From assembly GCF_009914755.1 (NCBI RefSeq), contig NC_060926.1: 64,000 nucleotides of DNA; one strand, given 5' to 3'. The DNA is from the human T2T-CHM13v2.0 reference genome, Homo sapiens. The position numbers and the translations under genes are program-made. The notes beneath the pieces were generated by a model, which saw only the letters and a program-made list of their open reading frames with translations, was not told the DNA's origin and searched no databases. Shown here in pieces: positions 1 to 16,415 of the stretch (positions are counted from its first letter, which is position 1; every line of letters begins with the position of its first letter).

Positions 1-658
1 TGGATTGATGCTCTGCCGCCTTTCACTTGCCCTTTTGTCCAGACCATCCTGTCCTTTGACACCCAGCACACACATGGTCAGGCCTTTTACTGGAATGAGG
101 GAATCTTGAGATACAGGCGATGTAATGAGCAAACTACATGGCCTGGGTTGCATGTTATATACACATGTGTGCACGTGTATGTGTGCTTGTATTTGGTCTC
201 AAAGGCACTGTTTATCCTCATTGTCTGCTCAGTCCTCCTGGGGACAGTGTTCTTTCTTTGCCACACTTCCATCCTTGAAGCCACAAAGATCTCTGGATAC
301 AAAGCGACTTTTCCTACTAGGCTTCAGATCCACCCTTCAATTTCAGGGATAAATGAATCTCCTGGAACTAGTTTGCTTCTTTGTTCCTCTGGTATTTCCT
401 GGAATAGGTCCCTAAATAATTTCTGAATTGTCCTTACCATTACTATGAGTAACTCATTCCTTGCCTAGCCCAAGAGCTGTCTGATGGGAGTGGCCTTACA
501 ACTCTTACAACTCGGCAGTCCCTGTCCTCCTGGCCTCCGCTGCCTTCTTTCTCCCTCTACTCCCTTCCCTCCTATTTCCCTTTTCATGCCATTCAGTTAA
601 ACGCTATACAATTGCCATGTCTTAAGGTCAACATGGGAACTTCATGTGGTTCAACTGA

Positions 659-1080
<422 letters not shown>

Positions 1081-3060
1081 TGTTCCTAAGAATTTATCTC
1101 AAATAAACATCAGAACAATTCTTTGAATCTCAGTAACCTAATTCTGGTTCACACCTGCATACCCCCTTCCCAGTCAAATGATGAACCTTCTCAAATTCAA
1201 ATAGGGTATTTTCATGCCCCACTGTGAGCTCAAAATCACAACACAAATGATCCTATTTCTAAATTTAGAGGTTTAGATACATATAGAAAGGGAAAAAAAA
1301 ACAGACATGTTATTAAAGCAAAATCAGCAATAAGTGTCAAATATCAATGTCATTTCATGTTATGAGCATGTTTTAGTATAAAATAGTTTTGCATAGAAAA
1401 AAATGGGGGTTTTTGCATAGAAAATAGGTGAAATAAGTATCACATGAAGCACACATCAAAAATAACTGGCTTAAGCAGGTTTATTGAGGATCTTAAAAGA
1501 GCATCCCAAAGGCAGTGTCCTTCACTCTTGACCCAGCACGGGAAGGCAGGGGTGAAGGGACAGTCTTGCCAAGTCAATCTGGCCAACAGGACAGTGCTGA
1601 GAATAGCTACTGGCTCCCATCCTGAGGAGCCACTTCTCTTGTCAAGTCTGTACTCTTGAGAGTTCTGAAATGGAAACAGAAGGGAACACAGGCAAAGCCT
1701 TCTCTGAATTGTCCAAAGGAGATTGTTTGGAGGGTAGGAAGCGGTCTGGACTTGTGAGGTGTCCAGCTTTGCAACACACTGACCGAGTGGCCTGGAACAT
1801 GTCCATTCACCTCTCAAGTTCTTTATCTGAAATTCAGGTGGCTAATAAGGTCGTCACGGGGCTGTTATATTGAGATGAGACCATCTGGGAAGTATTCGGC
1901 CCAGTGGCTAACACATAGGTCCTTAAAGATTTGTTGAATCAAAATTCAGTCAGAATAACACATGTCCCCACTCCTTGAAACAGTTGAAACACTGGGAATT
2001 TCTGAATCTACTTTGCTTGGAAATAAGAGACATTTTAATAGTATAAGACATCCTGCGATGCAAAATGTCATCTCTATACTCCTACAGTTGTAGAGAATTA
2101 GGAATATCTGTGAAGAGTCTGAGAGCTCAGAATGAAAAAAAGAAGAAAAGGAAAAGACAAGAGTGGAAACTACCCATGAGAAAGCCAAATGAAATTAAAA
2201 TCCCCAAACTATTTTATCGTAGAGACTACAAAAGACAGAAGTCACATCACCTCCTAGCTTCCCACATTCACCGATCACCTAGGTAAGTATAATTCTAGAT
2301 TATACTACCTAGATTAAAAAACACCTAGAAAGTCTAATTTTGACCTGGGATATGTCAAAAAAAATGTAATGTCTTTAATTGGCCTACATCACATCTGGCT
2401 TTCTTCTGTACTCCCACTCACAGTGAAACCCAATTATTTCAGCATCAAAGTGGGTTAAAAACTCAGTTTGATCCAATATCTGAATTAGTTTATTTAGGAA
2501 GTGTTTAATCTCTCCTTCTAAAGGTCATATTCTTTCAGGTAGCTTCTCTCTTCCTCTTCTGCTTCTCTATAGGGATGAGTGGTTGCTTATGTGGCAACCT
2601 CATGGCGTTGGGGAAACCAAGTTGTTGGAATCCCTGGGTGCGCTTGTTCTGCCCTCTGGTTGCTGGGGACATATCTTTTCCATTTGACTGCTGCATGTCC
2701 TGTAGGTTTTCACAGTTGTTTTGTCCACAGTCGTGTACCTTGTGATCTGCTTCTTAAGTAGGGCCTTGGATGACAGCCTTACTTCAGCTCTGCCTGGGGA
2801 CCTTTGGATTTGAGGTACAACGTAGTAGTGAGTTCCTGAGTTTTTGTCTCACAGATACCAAAGTAGATTTTGGAGAAGCTGGCAACCCAGAAACACTAAT
2901 GGGAGAAGAAAAAATGCCCCAAGAAAGGCCTGCTCTCTTGAGCCAAAGAACCAAGAAGTGGGCATGGGCAACCTAGCAAAGTAGAAGGATAAGAAAAGAT
3001 GTTCAATGCAAACATCAGCTTAAATGAAGCAGGAGTGGCTGTGTTAAGTTTAGATAATGT

Positions 3061-3381
<321 letters not shown>

Positions 3382-3753
3382 AGATAATGTATATTTCAGA
3401 GCAAAAAAATTTATGAGGGATGGGAGGTAAAAGTTTTTCTACTACTAGGAAAACTTAGTAGTCCTAACTGTATATGCACCCAATAATAGTACTGTAAAAT
3501 ATGTGAAGCAAAAATGATAGAACTCAAGGGAGAAACAGACAAATCCATAACTATACTTGGAGACTTCAACACTCCTCTCTCCAAAACTGAAAGAAAAACT
3601 AGACAGAAAGCCAGTACAGACGTAGAAAAACAAAATACTACCCTCAAATAGGATCTATTCAGCACTTATAAAACACTCCACTCCAAAACAGCACTACCTA
3701 TCTTTTAAAGCACCTACAGAAGATATACCAAGATAGACCACATCCTGGACCTA

Positions 3754-4094
<341 letters not shown>

Positions 4095-4725
4095 ATTGAA
4101 ATCATACAGAGTATGTTCTCTGACCACAATGGAATCAAACTAGAAACCACTTATATAAAGTTAAGAGGAAAATCTTCAAAAACTTGGAAAAGAAACATCA
4201 CACTCCTAAATAATTTATAGGTCAAAGAGTAAGTCTTGAAGGAAATAAAAAATGCATTGAACTGAATAAAAAAATACAACATACCAAAATTTGTGGGACA
4301 CAGCTAAATCCATGCTAAGAGGAAATTTTATAGCACTAAATGCATACATTAGAAAAGAGGAAAAGTATCAAATCAGTCATCTAAGTTCTCATTTCAACAA
4401 AGTAAAAAAAGAAGAGCCAAATAAACCCAAAGCAATAGAAGGAAGGAAATTTAAGAAGATAAGGGCAGAAATAAATGAAGTTGCAAACAGAAACCACAGA
4501 GAAAATCAATGAAACAAATATCTGGTTCTTTGAAAAGATCGGTAAAATGGATGAACCTCTAGCAAGACTGACAAAGAAAAGGAGAGGGAAGACATTAAAT
4601 ATCAAGATCAGAGATAAAACAGGGGCTATTGCTACAGACCCTACAGACACCATAAGGATAAGGGAATACTATAGACAACTCTAAATACAAATTTAACAAT
4701 TTAGAGGGAATTGATCAATTCCTCA

Positions 4726-5154
<429 letters not shown>

Positions 5155-5954
5155 TCACTACCCAAAATCTCCAGGCCCAAATCATTTCACTGGGGAATTA
5201 CACCAAATTTATTTTAAAGAATTCTGTACTATCTCTTCTAGAAAATAAAAGAGGTAGAAACACGTTTCTATTTATTTGATGAAGCTAGTCCTACCCTGAT
5301 ATCAAAACCAAATGTAGACATTGTTCTTACTGGAGAAAGACATTGTTTTCTCTCTAAGATCAGGAACAAGGCAAGAATGTCCTCTTTCACTGCTGCTATT
5401 CAACATAGTGCTGGAAGTTTTTACCAGTGCAATACGGCAAGAAAAGGAAATTAAAAACCTGTACATCAAAAAAGAAGAAATAAAATTATCCTCATTTATG
5501 GATGATAAGATCATCTTTGTAGGAAATCCTAAGGAACCTACAAAAAAATAAAAAACTGTCTAGGACCGATACATGAGTTTTTAACAAGGTTTCAGTTTAC
5601 AATACCAACATACAAAAATCAATTGTATTTTAATATACTAGCATTGAACATGTGGAAATCAAAATAAAAAAATAATGGCAATACCAAATGCTGGTAACGT
5701 AACAGAGAAACTGGATCTCTTGAACATTTGTGGTCTAATATAAAATGGTAGAGTCACTCTGGAAGCTCCTTCGGGCCAGACCCTGGGCATTGTATTTAAT
5801 TTGAACTGCAAGTATGGCAAGTTCTTTGTGACTATTTTGTATGCTTTAAGAATAGTTAAGCAAAAGTTTAGTGCCTAGATGCCTAGATATGGAAGAAAAA
5901 TTGATTAGATAGTTTCATCACTTTCTGTTGGTGGGAACTTAAAACAAATCATGC

Positions 5955-6030
5955 AGTAGTTTATCAAATATGTATTGAACTTGTATGTTTCAAGCACTGT
6001 TCTAGGTGCTGAAATTAAGTGGTGAACAAA
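5955..6030. mobile_element. L2 3' end fragment
   Basis: caaatatgtattgaac...caagcactgttctaggtgctg...gtgaacaaa resembles the L2 terminus. Confidence 0.55.
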
Positions 6031-6867
6031 CATATCCTAAGGCTTTTCACAAAGGTGAAAGGTTAATACTTTCAAAAAAACAAATAAACATTTGGGTCAG
6101 TTGATCTCAGTCTTGGAATGAGCATTAATCTACAATTATAAGTACCCTACCCCATTTGTATTTTCATCACACCTCCAAGCATCCCCGAGGCCATAGGAGA
6201 GGGGCTGTGCTTGCAGGAGAGAGGTTTGTTAGCAATCTGCTGCTACTCTGACTGTTCTTTATTATTCATCTCTTCCTCTGTGGTTATGGTTATTTGAGCT
6301 GGAGATGAGCTCTCTCCCCAAAAACCCTTGTTCTCATTAGTCGGTTGGCATTACAAAGGCAAAAAGGCATGACTCTTCAAACCACTAGAGAGTCACAGTC
6401 CTTAGTTATTTGCTGGTGAGATGAAGAAGCCAACTTCTTAGGCTGAGGGCAGAAAACCTGAGCTCTCACCCTGGGAAGGGAGCCTTTGGGAATGTGGTAG
6501 TGTATGACTATCAGGACCCAGAGATGTATGAAGTTTTTGTTTTTTAAAATATGTTTTACCGTGATGCTATTCTTCCACTAGTGAACAGTCCTGGCTTCTT
6601 GGAATATACGTATCCATCTTCCATGTGTTTTCAGGGATTGATGATATTTTCTTTTATTTCCTTGTGAAACTGCTTTCTTCAGTTTGCTCTGGGCATTTTG
6701 GCATTACAAAGCACTTTTTGGATGTATTTGCCTCTCAAATCATAAGGACCAGGGAAGAGGAAGGAAGGAAGTAATAGTATCAAGTGGACCTGAAAGGAAA
6801 CGTCAAAGTTTTCTAGTCAAAAGCCTTGTTTCTTCACCTGTGAAAGTTGGTGTTATCTTCCTCATTG

Positions 6868-6940
6868 TTTAGGCTCAGAGAAGTTAGGCAACTTGTACAA
6901 GGTTTCATAGTAGACAGCAGAAGCAGGATTCAAATCTGCC
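6868..6940. mobile_element. MIR fragment
   Basis: aggctcagagaagttaggcaacttgtacaagg...ggattcaaatc MIR core. Confidence 0.7.
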
Positions 6941-7299
6941 TTGAAGAGAGGGAGCTATGGTTCCATACTACAGGGGTACGTCACATGCCATCCTAAATGA
7001 GTCTGTGTGAGATCTTTGCTCTCTGAAGTCTTCCGTCTCTAGAAGCCTCTGGTACCATGGTGGCACCAACAAGGCTGGTCAGCATCAGCCCCAGAGGATG
7101 GCAGCTCTAGACAATGCCCCTCCCATGGTGGTCGTCCATTGACATCATCATCATACATACAACAGAGCAAATTTGGGTGCACCACCAGCATGAGCCACCG
7201 TTTTCCAGAGAAGAGAAAACCAGGGCCTTGGAGGGCTTTGCCCATAGAAAATCATTAGAGAATTCAGTCCAGTCAAGAAGTAAAGCATAGCTACTAGGC

Positions 7300-7530
7300 C
7301 AAGAGTTTTCAAACCTTTTGGTTTTAAGACCCCTTGATGGTTTTAAAAATTATTGAGCATGCAAACAGCTTACAGTACTGATATTTAATATATTTGAAAT
7401 TTAAACTGAGATATTAAAAATAGTCCATTTAACATAACAATAAACCCATTATATGTTTGCATTACAGGGTATATATTTTATGAAAATTAAATATTTTTCA
7501 AAACAAAAATATTTAGTAAAAAAATTGGCA
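7300..7530. mobile_element. hAT-Charlie DNA transposon terminal fragment (Charlie1/MER119-like)
   Basis: ttttcaaaccttttggttttaagacccc...aaaaattattgag...aataaacccattatatg...ttttatgaaaa matches a recalled Charlie1-type end. Confidence 0.6.
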
Positions 7531-7540
7531 AATTGTGAGG

Positions 7541-7600
7541 CATGGACTATGAAGGCCAGAGTGGTTCCTGCATGGACTGTGAAGACCAGAGTGGTTCCTG
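7541..7600. repeat. 30-bp direct tandem duplication (2 copies, 2 mismatches)
   Basis: catggactatgaaggccagagtggttcctg / catggactgtgaagaccagagtggttcctg. Confidence 0.95.
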
Positions 7601-8109
7601 CCTTCTCCTTTGAAATTCTCTTTTTGCTTATGCTTAGCATCACACAACATACAAACTTACTTCATTGCCCTGAGTTTTTTGCTGATGTTACACATGTCAG
7701 CATTGCCCTTAATGAGGTCCTTTCTGATCTTGGCTCATATTTTTTGGCCTGTTCAGAATCTCTGTCAAGAAGCAAAGCATAGCTTTGCTATGTTGCAGTG
7801 CCACAGTTGGAATCCATTAGTACCTATTGACCTTAGCAACAGAATCAACAAGCTCAAGTTCTGGCAGTGAAAATCTCTGTCTGGGATCTGCAGGAAAATC
7901 TACCATGTCCCCATGAGCATTAGAGCCTGAAATAAGACACTAGAACTCTTAGACATCAGTCTTATTTTTGTTGATATGAAAAAACAAAGTGATCTTTCTA
8001 AGGCTGATTTTTTTTTAATTTAAGACCAAGGATTATACCAATTTGCATGGTTTTACCACATTAAAATTGATATACTGTAAACTAGTCAAAACATGGTGTA
8101 TTATCCAAT

Positions 8110-8272
8110 GGGCCTGAGATCTGATTTCAGCTTCATTTCACTCCAGCTGTGAGCATTTGGACAAATTACCTCACCTGTGTGAGCCTCAATTTTGTTAATG
8201 GTAAATGGAGATAGTTATAGATGACCTTTAAGTTTGTTAGATGATTAAATGATGTAATTCATGTAAAACACT
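8110..8272. mobile_element. MIR fragment
   Basis: gctgtgagcatttggacaaattacctcacctgtgtgagcctcaatttt...gtaaatggagatag. Confidence 0.65.
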
Positions 8273-8721
8273 ACCACCATCCTCATGATAAAGATTTTTC
8301 TAGTCCAGGTAGGAATTATTTTTAATAAATTATTTTGATGGCCATATGCCTCTACTCAGCCTTCTCAGATCTTGGTCTTACACAAGGACTTCAGTAATTA
8401 ATAAACTCTCTGATAACTATTTGATGAATATCTGCCTTGTATCCAGCTCTGTGCTGAGCATTTTTGAGGAAATAAAACAAACAATACAAATCCTTTGCAC
8501 TTAAGGAGTAAGTAATCTAGCATGAGAGATAGAATTTACAGATAGATGCTGTGTAACAATTTATAGAATCTTAAAAATTGGAGAAGAACTTTAGGATTTA
8601 TCTATGACAACCTTCTAGCCAATGAATAAAGTAATTTATTATGGAAGATCAATGAATAGTAGACCAGCAACAAGCTGAATGACCATTACTAACAGTGTGC
8701 CAATCATAGCTAGGGAAAACA

Positions 8722-8870
8722 CTGTTTGAATATTTATCATGTGTCAGGCATTTTTTTCTTGGTATTTCACATATATTATTTATTTAATCCTTCTGTCATT
8801 CTTCTGAAAGAGGTATTGTTTATATCACTATTTTTCAGAAGGGGAAACTGAGGCACAGAGAAGTTAAATA
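8722..8870. mobile_element. MIR fragment
   Basis: tttaatcct...aggtattg...gaaactgaggcacagagaagttaaat. Confidence 0.7.
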
Positions 8871-9761
8871 TGAAATCAGAGAACATATCTTAGAACAACA
8901 TTAAACAATATTTTATGCCACTCAATATTTTTTTCAAGATCATTTCATACTGGACTTCAGCCTATCTACTGTTACCGGTACATGCTAATTTTTTATTTGT
9001 CCTTGTTTACTTTATTTATATTTTAAACATAATCTAATCAGAGATTTTCTTGTGAGGTTACATTGGCTTCCTTCAATGCCTCCATCTTCCTCTTAATTAA
9101 CCTTACAAGTTTAGATGTTGTGATGGTGTCTTTGACACTGCATTTATTTCAAGCAAAAAAGTTTAAGTCTCCATGTATTAATCCCATTGTGAGTATTGGT
9201 GCATGCACACACCAAGTCCTAAGAATTATGCCTACTTCTCCAAACTTTGCTACTGAGAATTACCTCACCTTTCTTTTATGCAACACATACCTCCTCTACT
9301 CTCCATAGAATAACATTTTAGGATTTCCTTTAAGCATTTTCCTCTTCCTGTTCAAATTTCAATTTCAATTTTGCATGAGCAGGTGGGTGCGTCTCCTGAC
9401 AAAAAGCACGGGTACTCATGGGTGTAGAGATGGGCAATGAGGAGAAAGCAGCCACATAGATACTTTGACTAAAAGATGTTCCAATCAGATTCCAAGTAAT
9501 TTTCATTGGGTGATGACTGAAGCCACCCTAGAGCAGAGCCACTGAGCAAGTTTAAAGTTTAGATAAGGGCAACCTTGCACCTCTACTAACAACAACAACA
9601 ACAAACAATCCAAACCAATCTCTGACCAGTGCATTGCAATGAGATTTCTGAGAGAGGCTGTTTTGTTGCTGAGTTCTTTTTGCCATTTAGTCTTTAAGGG
9701 ATGCCTTTGAAACAATTCTGATATTAAATAAAAACCAACAAACTTCTGTCAACTTAAATAT

Positions 9762-10456
<695 letters not shown>

Positions 10457-10931
10457 GTTTTTTAAAAATCACAATTTTTTTAATTTTGAAAGGAGACTTT
10501 ATTTTTTGTAAAGGGTTATAGCCTGCAAGGTGGCCATCCTGACAGGCTGAAAAGTGTAGCCTCTGGTTGAAACCCAGAAACAGTACTTCCCAGGATGAAG
10601 GGCTGAAGTAGGAACTTTATTCTGAAAGGATTGGCTAAACATACATATTCAGCAGATTGTAGGAAGAGCTATGAATATTAATTAATGGGTCCTGACACAT
10701 GCATATTGAACAAAGATGCAGGTTACAAACAACCTATGTTCACCTTGGGGTGGAGACTTAACATTTAAGTGTGTTATAATTAGGCCCTATAGGTCAGAGG
10801 TTGAAGCAGAGACACAAAATCACTGAGGTGAGCAGCGTCTGTAAACTGGCCAGAACCAGTCCATGGTGGGTGACCGTCTCTTAACAGGAGAAAGTTACTG
10901 AACTCAGTCTCTTATGGAATCAGAGCTGTAG

Positions 10932-11306
<375 letters not shown>

Positions 11307-11674
11307 ATTTGTTGTAGTCTTGCTTACCTAGAGGCCAGTGCTTGTTTGGCTGCTAGAGAAAAAGAAACCTTGGGGCAGATTGAACCTAGTTTATTCTTTA
11401 AGTGCAGTATGCGTGACTTAACCCTTGCCTGGCATGGCCCTAGGTCCTGCTTATAATTCAGTGTCTTATTGCCACAAAGAGTATGTTTTGTCAGTCTTAT
11501 GATCTCTATTTTAACATGAATCCTGGTCAGTTGTGTTTAAACCAAAAAAGGGAAAGGGTATAACAAAGTATATCCTACCCTCCACCCCATCATGACTGGA
11601 AACTCAGTTTTTAAGGTTTCTCTGGGGTCCCTTTGGCCAAGAGGGGGTCCAATCAGTGGTTGAAAGGTGTATAA

Positions 11675-11905
<231 letters not shown>

Positions 11906-12774
11906 GGGATTTTATTTTTAGTTTATACTTCACTCCTCGTCTTCTAAAAGAAATAGGACTTTCATGATGTTTTCACTTTCTCATAAACTTGCAAAAGGAA
12001 AGATTTTGAAGAACCCAATAAAAAAATGAGTGCTTTATTTCTTTTATAAGTTATACGTGCACATTTTTATAATCATCTCAGTACCTAGGCTAGCAGCTAA
12101 AACTGTCACGCCAGTTCAGCAATGACCCTAATCTAGTAGGAATGGTGTGGAGTGTGACCCTGGGGAGGGAAAACCAGAGTGAGGCATGAGTAGAAGAAAA
12201 GCAAACCCAGATCATTTGTGCTTTCCCACGTGACAGTGGGTGGCAATGATGTTGAGATGGTTTGAAACATGAAAGAAATTTCTTAATATTAATGCTGTAG
12301 ATACTGGAGAGCATAGTGAGAAAAAAAATCCTAAAACTTTGGTTTAGTTTCACAGAAGTAACATTGATTTTATTTATATAAACCTTTAGCTCCAATGTTG
12401 TTATTTCATGTAGCAGAGTAACAATTCTACAGCACTATATGTATGTTAGATTCATACTTTTGTAATTTTATTTGACTGTTAGCAAACTCCACATAGGATG
12501 ACCACATGTTCTGGATTTTCCAAGAATAATCTAACTTCAATATTTTGGTCCAGCTGTGTCAGTAAATTATTACAACTTCCCCTAAGAAATTCTATACCCA
12601 GAGAAGTTATTAGAGTCCACAAAATCCTACGCTGACCTCAACATTGCTGAATGACAGGGCTACTTGGCATACAGGATCTTGGCAAAAGAAGGGTGGAGAC
12701 AGGAGTGAGGGAAAGTAATTTTTGTTTCTCTCCTTTTGTGTGAGACTGACTCTCAATGACTTTTGGAAGCAGGG

Positions 12775-13190
12775 TCTGTTGGGGTACATACTTGGCAGCT
12801 GAAGTAGGGTCTATGGAACGCCCTGACCAGATCCCTCTTACTGGCGGGGGATACCACCCCCAGCTGCTATCAGCACTTCTTCACAAGGCTCACACCTGCC
12901 CCTCCTCCCGATAATTGCCCTGGGGTTGGTAGGGGGAGCTCCTAACCATGAAACACTTGGGAGATTTTGCCTTCCCCTGGGGGAGCCCCTCAGCCAGTGA
13001 CTGGCTGGTACTGAGTGGAGAAGTCTGGGCTCCTCGACAGAAGGGATGACAACTCTGTGATGCCATCCACACTCCCAGCCTCCCCATGGGATCAGGCTGA
13101 GGGTAGATGTCAGCCAAACCCAAGCCCTTGCCAAGCACCTTCTCCTGTCCTTTCCTGCTTCTCACAACTCCTTACAGATTTTACTGGAGA
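12775..13190 (+). mobile_element. ERVL LTR16-like LTR fragment
   Basis: cccctcagccagtgactggctg...acaactctgtg...ccccatgggatcaggctgagg resembles recalled LTR16 consensus. Confidence 0.6.
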
Positions 13191-13408
13191 GCTTAGCATC
13201 CCCAGCTCAGACACTGCTTCTACAGAACATGCACATCTTATCCAACCTATGTCTTTCACGTAGTTCTCTCTTAGTTCTCTCTTCTGCCTCATGCTTACAT
13301 CCAGCTGGACCACAGAAAAAAGTAAACTCAGTCACTTAATTCATTTTGCCACAAATGGTGATAGCCTTGACCTTCTTGAAAGTACTTACATAAGAAGATC
13401 TTAACCAG

Positions 13409-13745
<337 letters not shown>

Positions 13746-13819
13746 TTAATGCAGTGTTTGGGTGGATATACCTAGACATATAAATCCTGGTCAAGACATG
13801 GCAGACCAGTAATTCCCTC

Positions 13820-14203
13820 TGTTAAATGAAACTTGCAGGAGTTCGTTGATTTGGACTGGGCTCCCATAGTGGGCCCAACAGACCAAACTAATATATAATC
13901 ATTCATGCTCAATGAAACTAATTAACTCAGGTAGCAAATAGCTGAGTTTTGGTTGGTTACAGCAGCTGCACTTTAGTCAATGGTAGACAGCCAGCTGATT
14001 CAAATAAAGCACCCAGCAGTAACCAGTTAAGTTATTCTTGCCCCACTTCTGTTTCCTGTCCATTAATGCTGCCTGACCCTGTAGCAGGCAGGAGTTCTTT
14101 GAACCTGCTCTGTTTCTTAGGGCTGCCCTGTTCATGAATCTTTTAAAATTCTCAAATAAACTCTGTTAAATTTAAACTTGCTTAAGATTCTTTCTTTTTA
14201 ACA
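13820..14203 (+). mobile_element. ERV1-class solo LTR (subfamily uncertain)
   Basis: TGTTAAA...TTTAACA inverted termini, AATAAA near 14155, ttggactgggctcc...cccaacagaccaaac U3 start. Confidence 0.7.
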
Positions 14204-15309
14204 CTTTGAACCAATATTCTTTAAATATTAGTTGAACATCTGTCTAACAGAGAGGATAAGTTTTCTTTACAATGGAATCAGGGGAGGGAAGGGAAAGTTC
14301 CCTGGCCTCTTCTGTGTTGCTCTGGATGAGTCAGCTCTGTTTCCAAACAAAACAAAACCTGGAGATTACTTGGCCCAACCCACTTGAGATAGTGGTAAAG
14401 GCCATTTGCTGTTTCTTGAGCATGCCCTTTTGGGATGAATTTTCTAGCCTCTTAACTCGTCACTTTTAATGGTTTTTCAAAATATTCCTTCCAGCCTCTC
14501 AGAATAGAAAATATAGTAATACCCATGAGAGGGGTTAATTTTCTCCGCCGTGTGCTATTCCCATTGGTATGTCATTGCTCCGTCATAGCTCATTGCCCCA
14601 GGGAAACGGGGAGACTGACCTTTCCCTTAATCCAAATCTGTTTGTATATCAAAGGAAGGAGTTGAAGCATAAAGAGGAGATTGACAGGGGTTCTGTTGCA
14701 GGCAGATTTGCCTTTGAAAGTCTGTCCTCAAGGTGAACTGAAGGCATCTCACACCATGTTTCTGACTGTCATGTGTGAACCTACAAATACTAGAGTCCTA
14801 AAATTGTATTCCCTTCCTCCACCACACAAAGGTTCATGGCAATGGGATGGGGATGGGACACGGGGTGGACAGGCATGATGGGTCAGTTGTAAATGTGCTA
14901 CTAGAATTCAGAGACCACCTGTACAGTCAATTTTCATAGATTGAAGTTTAGAAAGCATACACATCTACTTAAAATTTATTTTTAAAAAAGAAATTATGGG
15001 AATCTTTGGAAAGTCAGACAATTCATCATAAAATCATCCTTAGGAACTGTGCAGAGAAGGACAATTGTAAATGAAGCCATTTGGCTGAAGTGCTCCACGT
15101 TACTACAGAAGCTCTATCTGGAGGCAAAACATGGACAGGACTTCTCTCAAGGACAGTAGATAATGGAAGAGTTTTGTTTAATCTACGTCTTCTGAAAAGC
15201 TTTCTGTTTGCATGTCTTTTATGTGCTCCCTTTTCTTTCTTGTCTTCTTTTGGATTGGTTATTCTCTATTATTCTTTTCTCACCTTCTATGTGTTTGAAT
15301 ACTGTAGTA

Positions 15310-15530
15310 CTTCTTTTTAAAACATTTTGTGGTGTGTATTTGAGGTTTACAATGTGATGTTAAGGGATACTAATAGATAGTAAAGTAGATTAACATATCT
15401 GTCATCTCACATAGTTACTTATTTTGTGACAAGAGTTGCTAAAATCTACTTATTTAACAAAACTCCCTAACACAATTTTGTTAACTCTAGTCCTCACGTT
15501 GTACATTAGACCTCTAGACTTGTTTATCCT
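15310..15530 (-). mobile_element. L1MA-type 3'UTR fragment within older L1M-like sequence
   Basis: acatatctgtcatctcacatagttac...gtcctcacgttgtacattagacctctagacttg reverse L1MA 3'UTR. Confidence 0.75.
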
Positions 15531-16004
15531 ATATTACTTTGTGCTTAATTTGGTGGTTACTCCAGAGATTATAACATGCATCCTTGACTTATCAATTCTA
15601 ATATTAACACTCTCACTGTCCAGACAGTACAATGATTTTAGAGCACTTTATTCCCTTATAATTTATATGCCATTGTTGTCATATGTTTTATGTCTCCCTG
15701 TTATTTTATCATCAAAGATACTTTTTGCAGTCAATGTTTATTAAATTACCAACATTTTGTTGTGCTTTATTCCTTCTTGCATTTTCAAGCCTCCATTGGG
15801 GCACTTTTATTTCTACCTGTAAAAGACATTTAATATTTTCTTTAGTGCAGGACCATTGCACAAATGATTCCAGTTAGTTTGTCTAAAAAGAAAGGATATT
15901 TAATATTTAAATATTAAACCAACTCAGTTAACACTTGCAGACTTATTTTGAAACATTCCTGATCTGGGTCTCCCTGTTTCTTCATTACATCTTTTCTGCA
16001 TTCT

Positions 16005-16415
16005 TTTCCTTTTCTTTCCAAGTTTTATTTTAGGTTCAGGGGGTACACGTGCAGTTTTGCTATATGAGTAAACCGTGTGTCTCAGGGGTTTGTTGCACCA
16101 TTTAGTCACTCAAGTAATAAGCATAGTACCTGATAGGTAATTTTTTTATCCTCACCCTCTTCCTACCCTCCACCCTCAAGTAGTTCCTCATGTCTATGTT
16201 CCCTTCTTTGTGTCTATGTTACTCGGTATTTAGCTCCCACCTACAAGAGAGAACAGGCAGTATTAGGTTTTCTGTTCCTGTATTAATTTGCTTAGGATAA
16301 TAGCCTCCAGCTCCACCCATGTTGCTGCAAAGGACATGGTCTCATTGTATTTTTTTTGTTATGGCCGTATAGCATTCCATGGTGTATATGTTCCACAATT
16401 TCTTTATCCAAATCT
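16005..16415 (-). mobile_element. L1PA (L1PA15/16-like) 3' end
   Basis: ttttattttaggttcagggggtacacgtgcag...gttgctgcaaaggacatg...ttccatggtgtatatg. Confidence 0.88.

Noticed and set aside
1387-1424. Short direct duplications (ttttgcatagaaaa x2; also 35328-35354 and 57825-57854)
   Set aside because: Ordinary slippage micro-duplications with no further structure.
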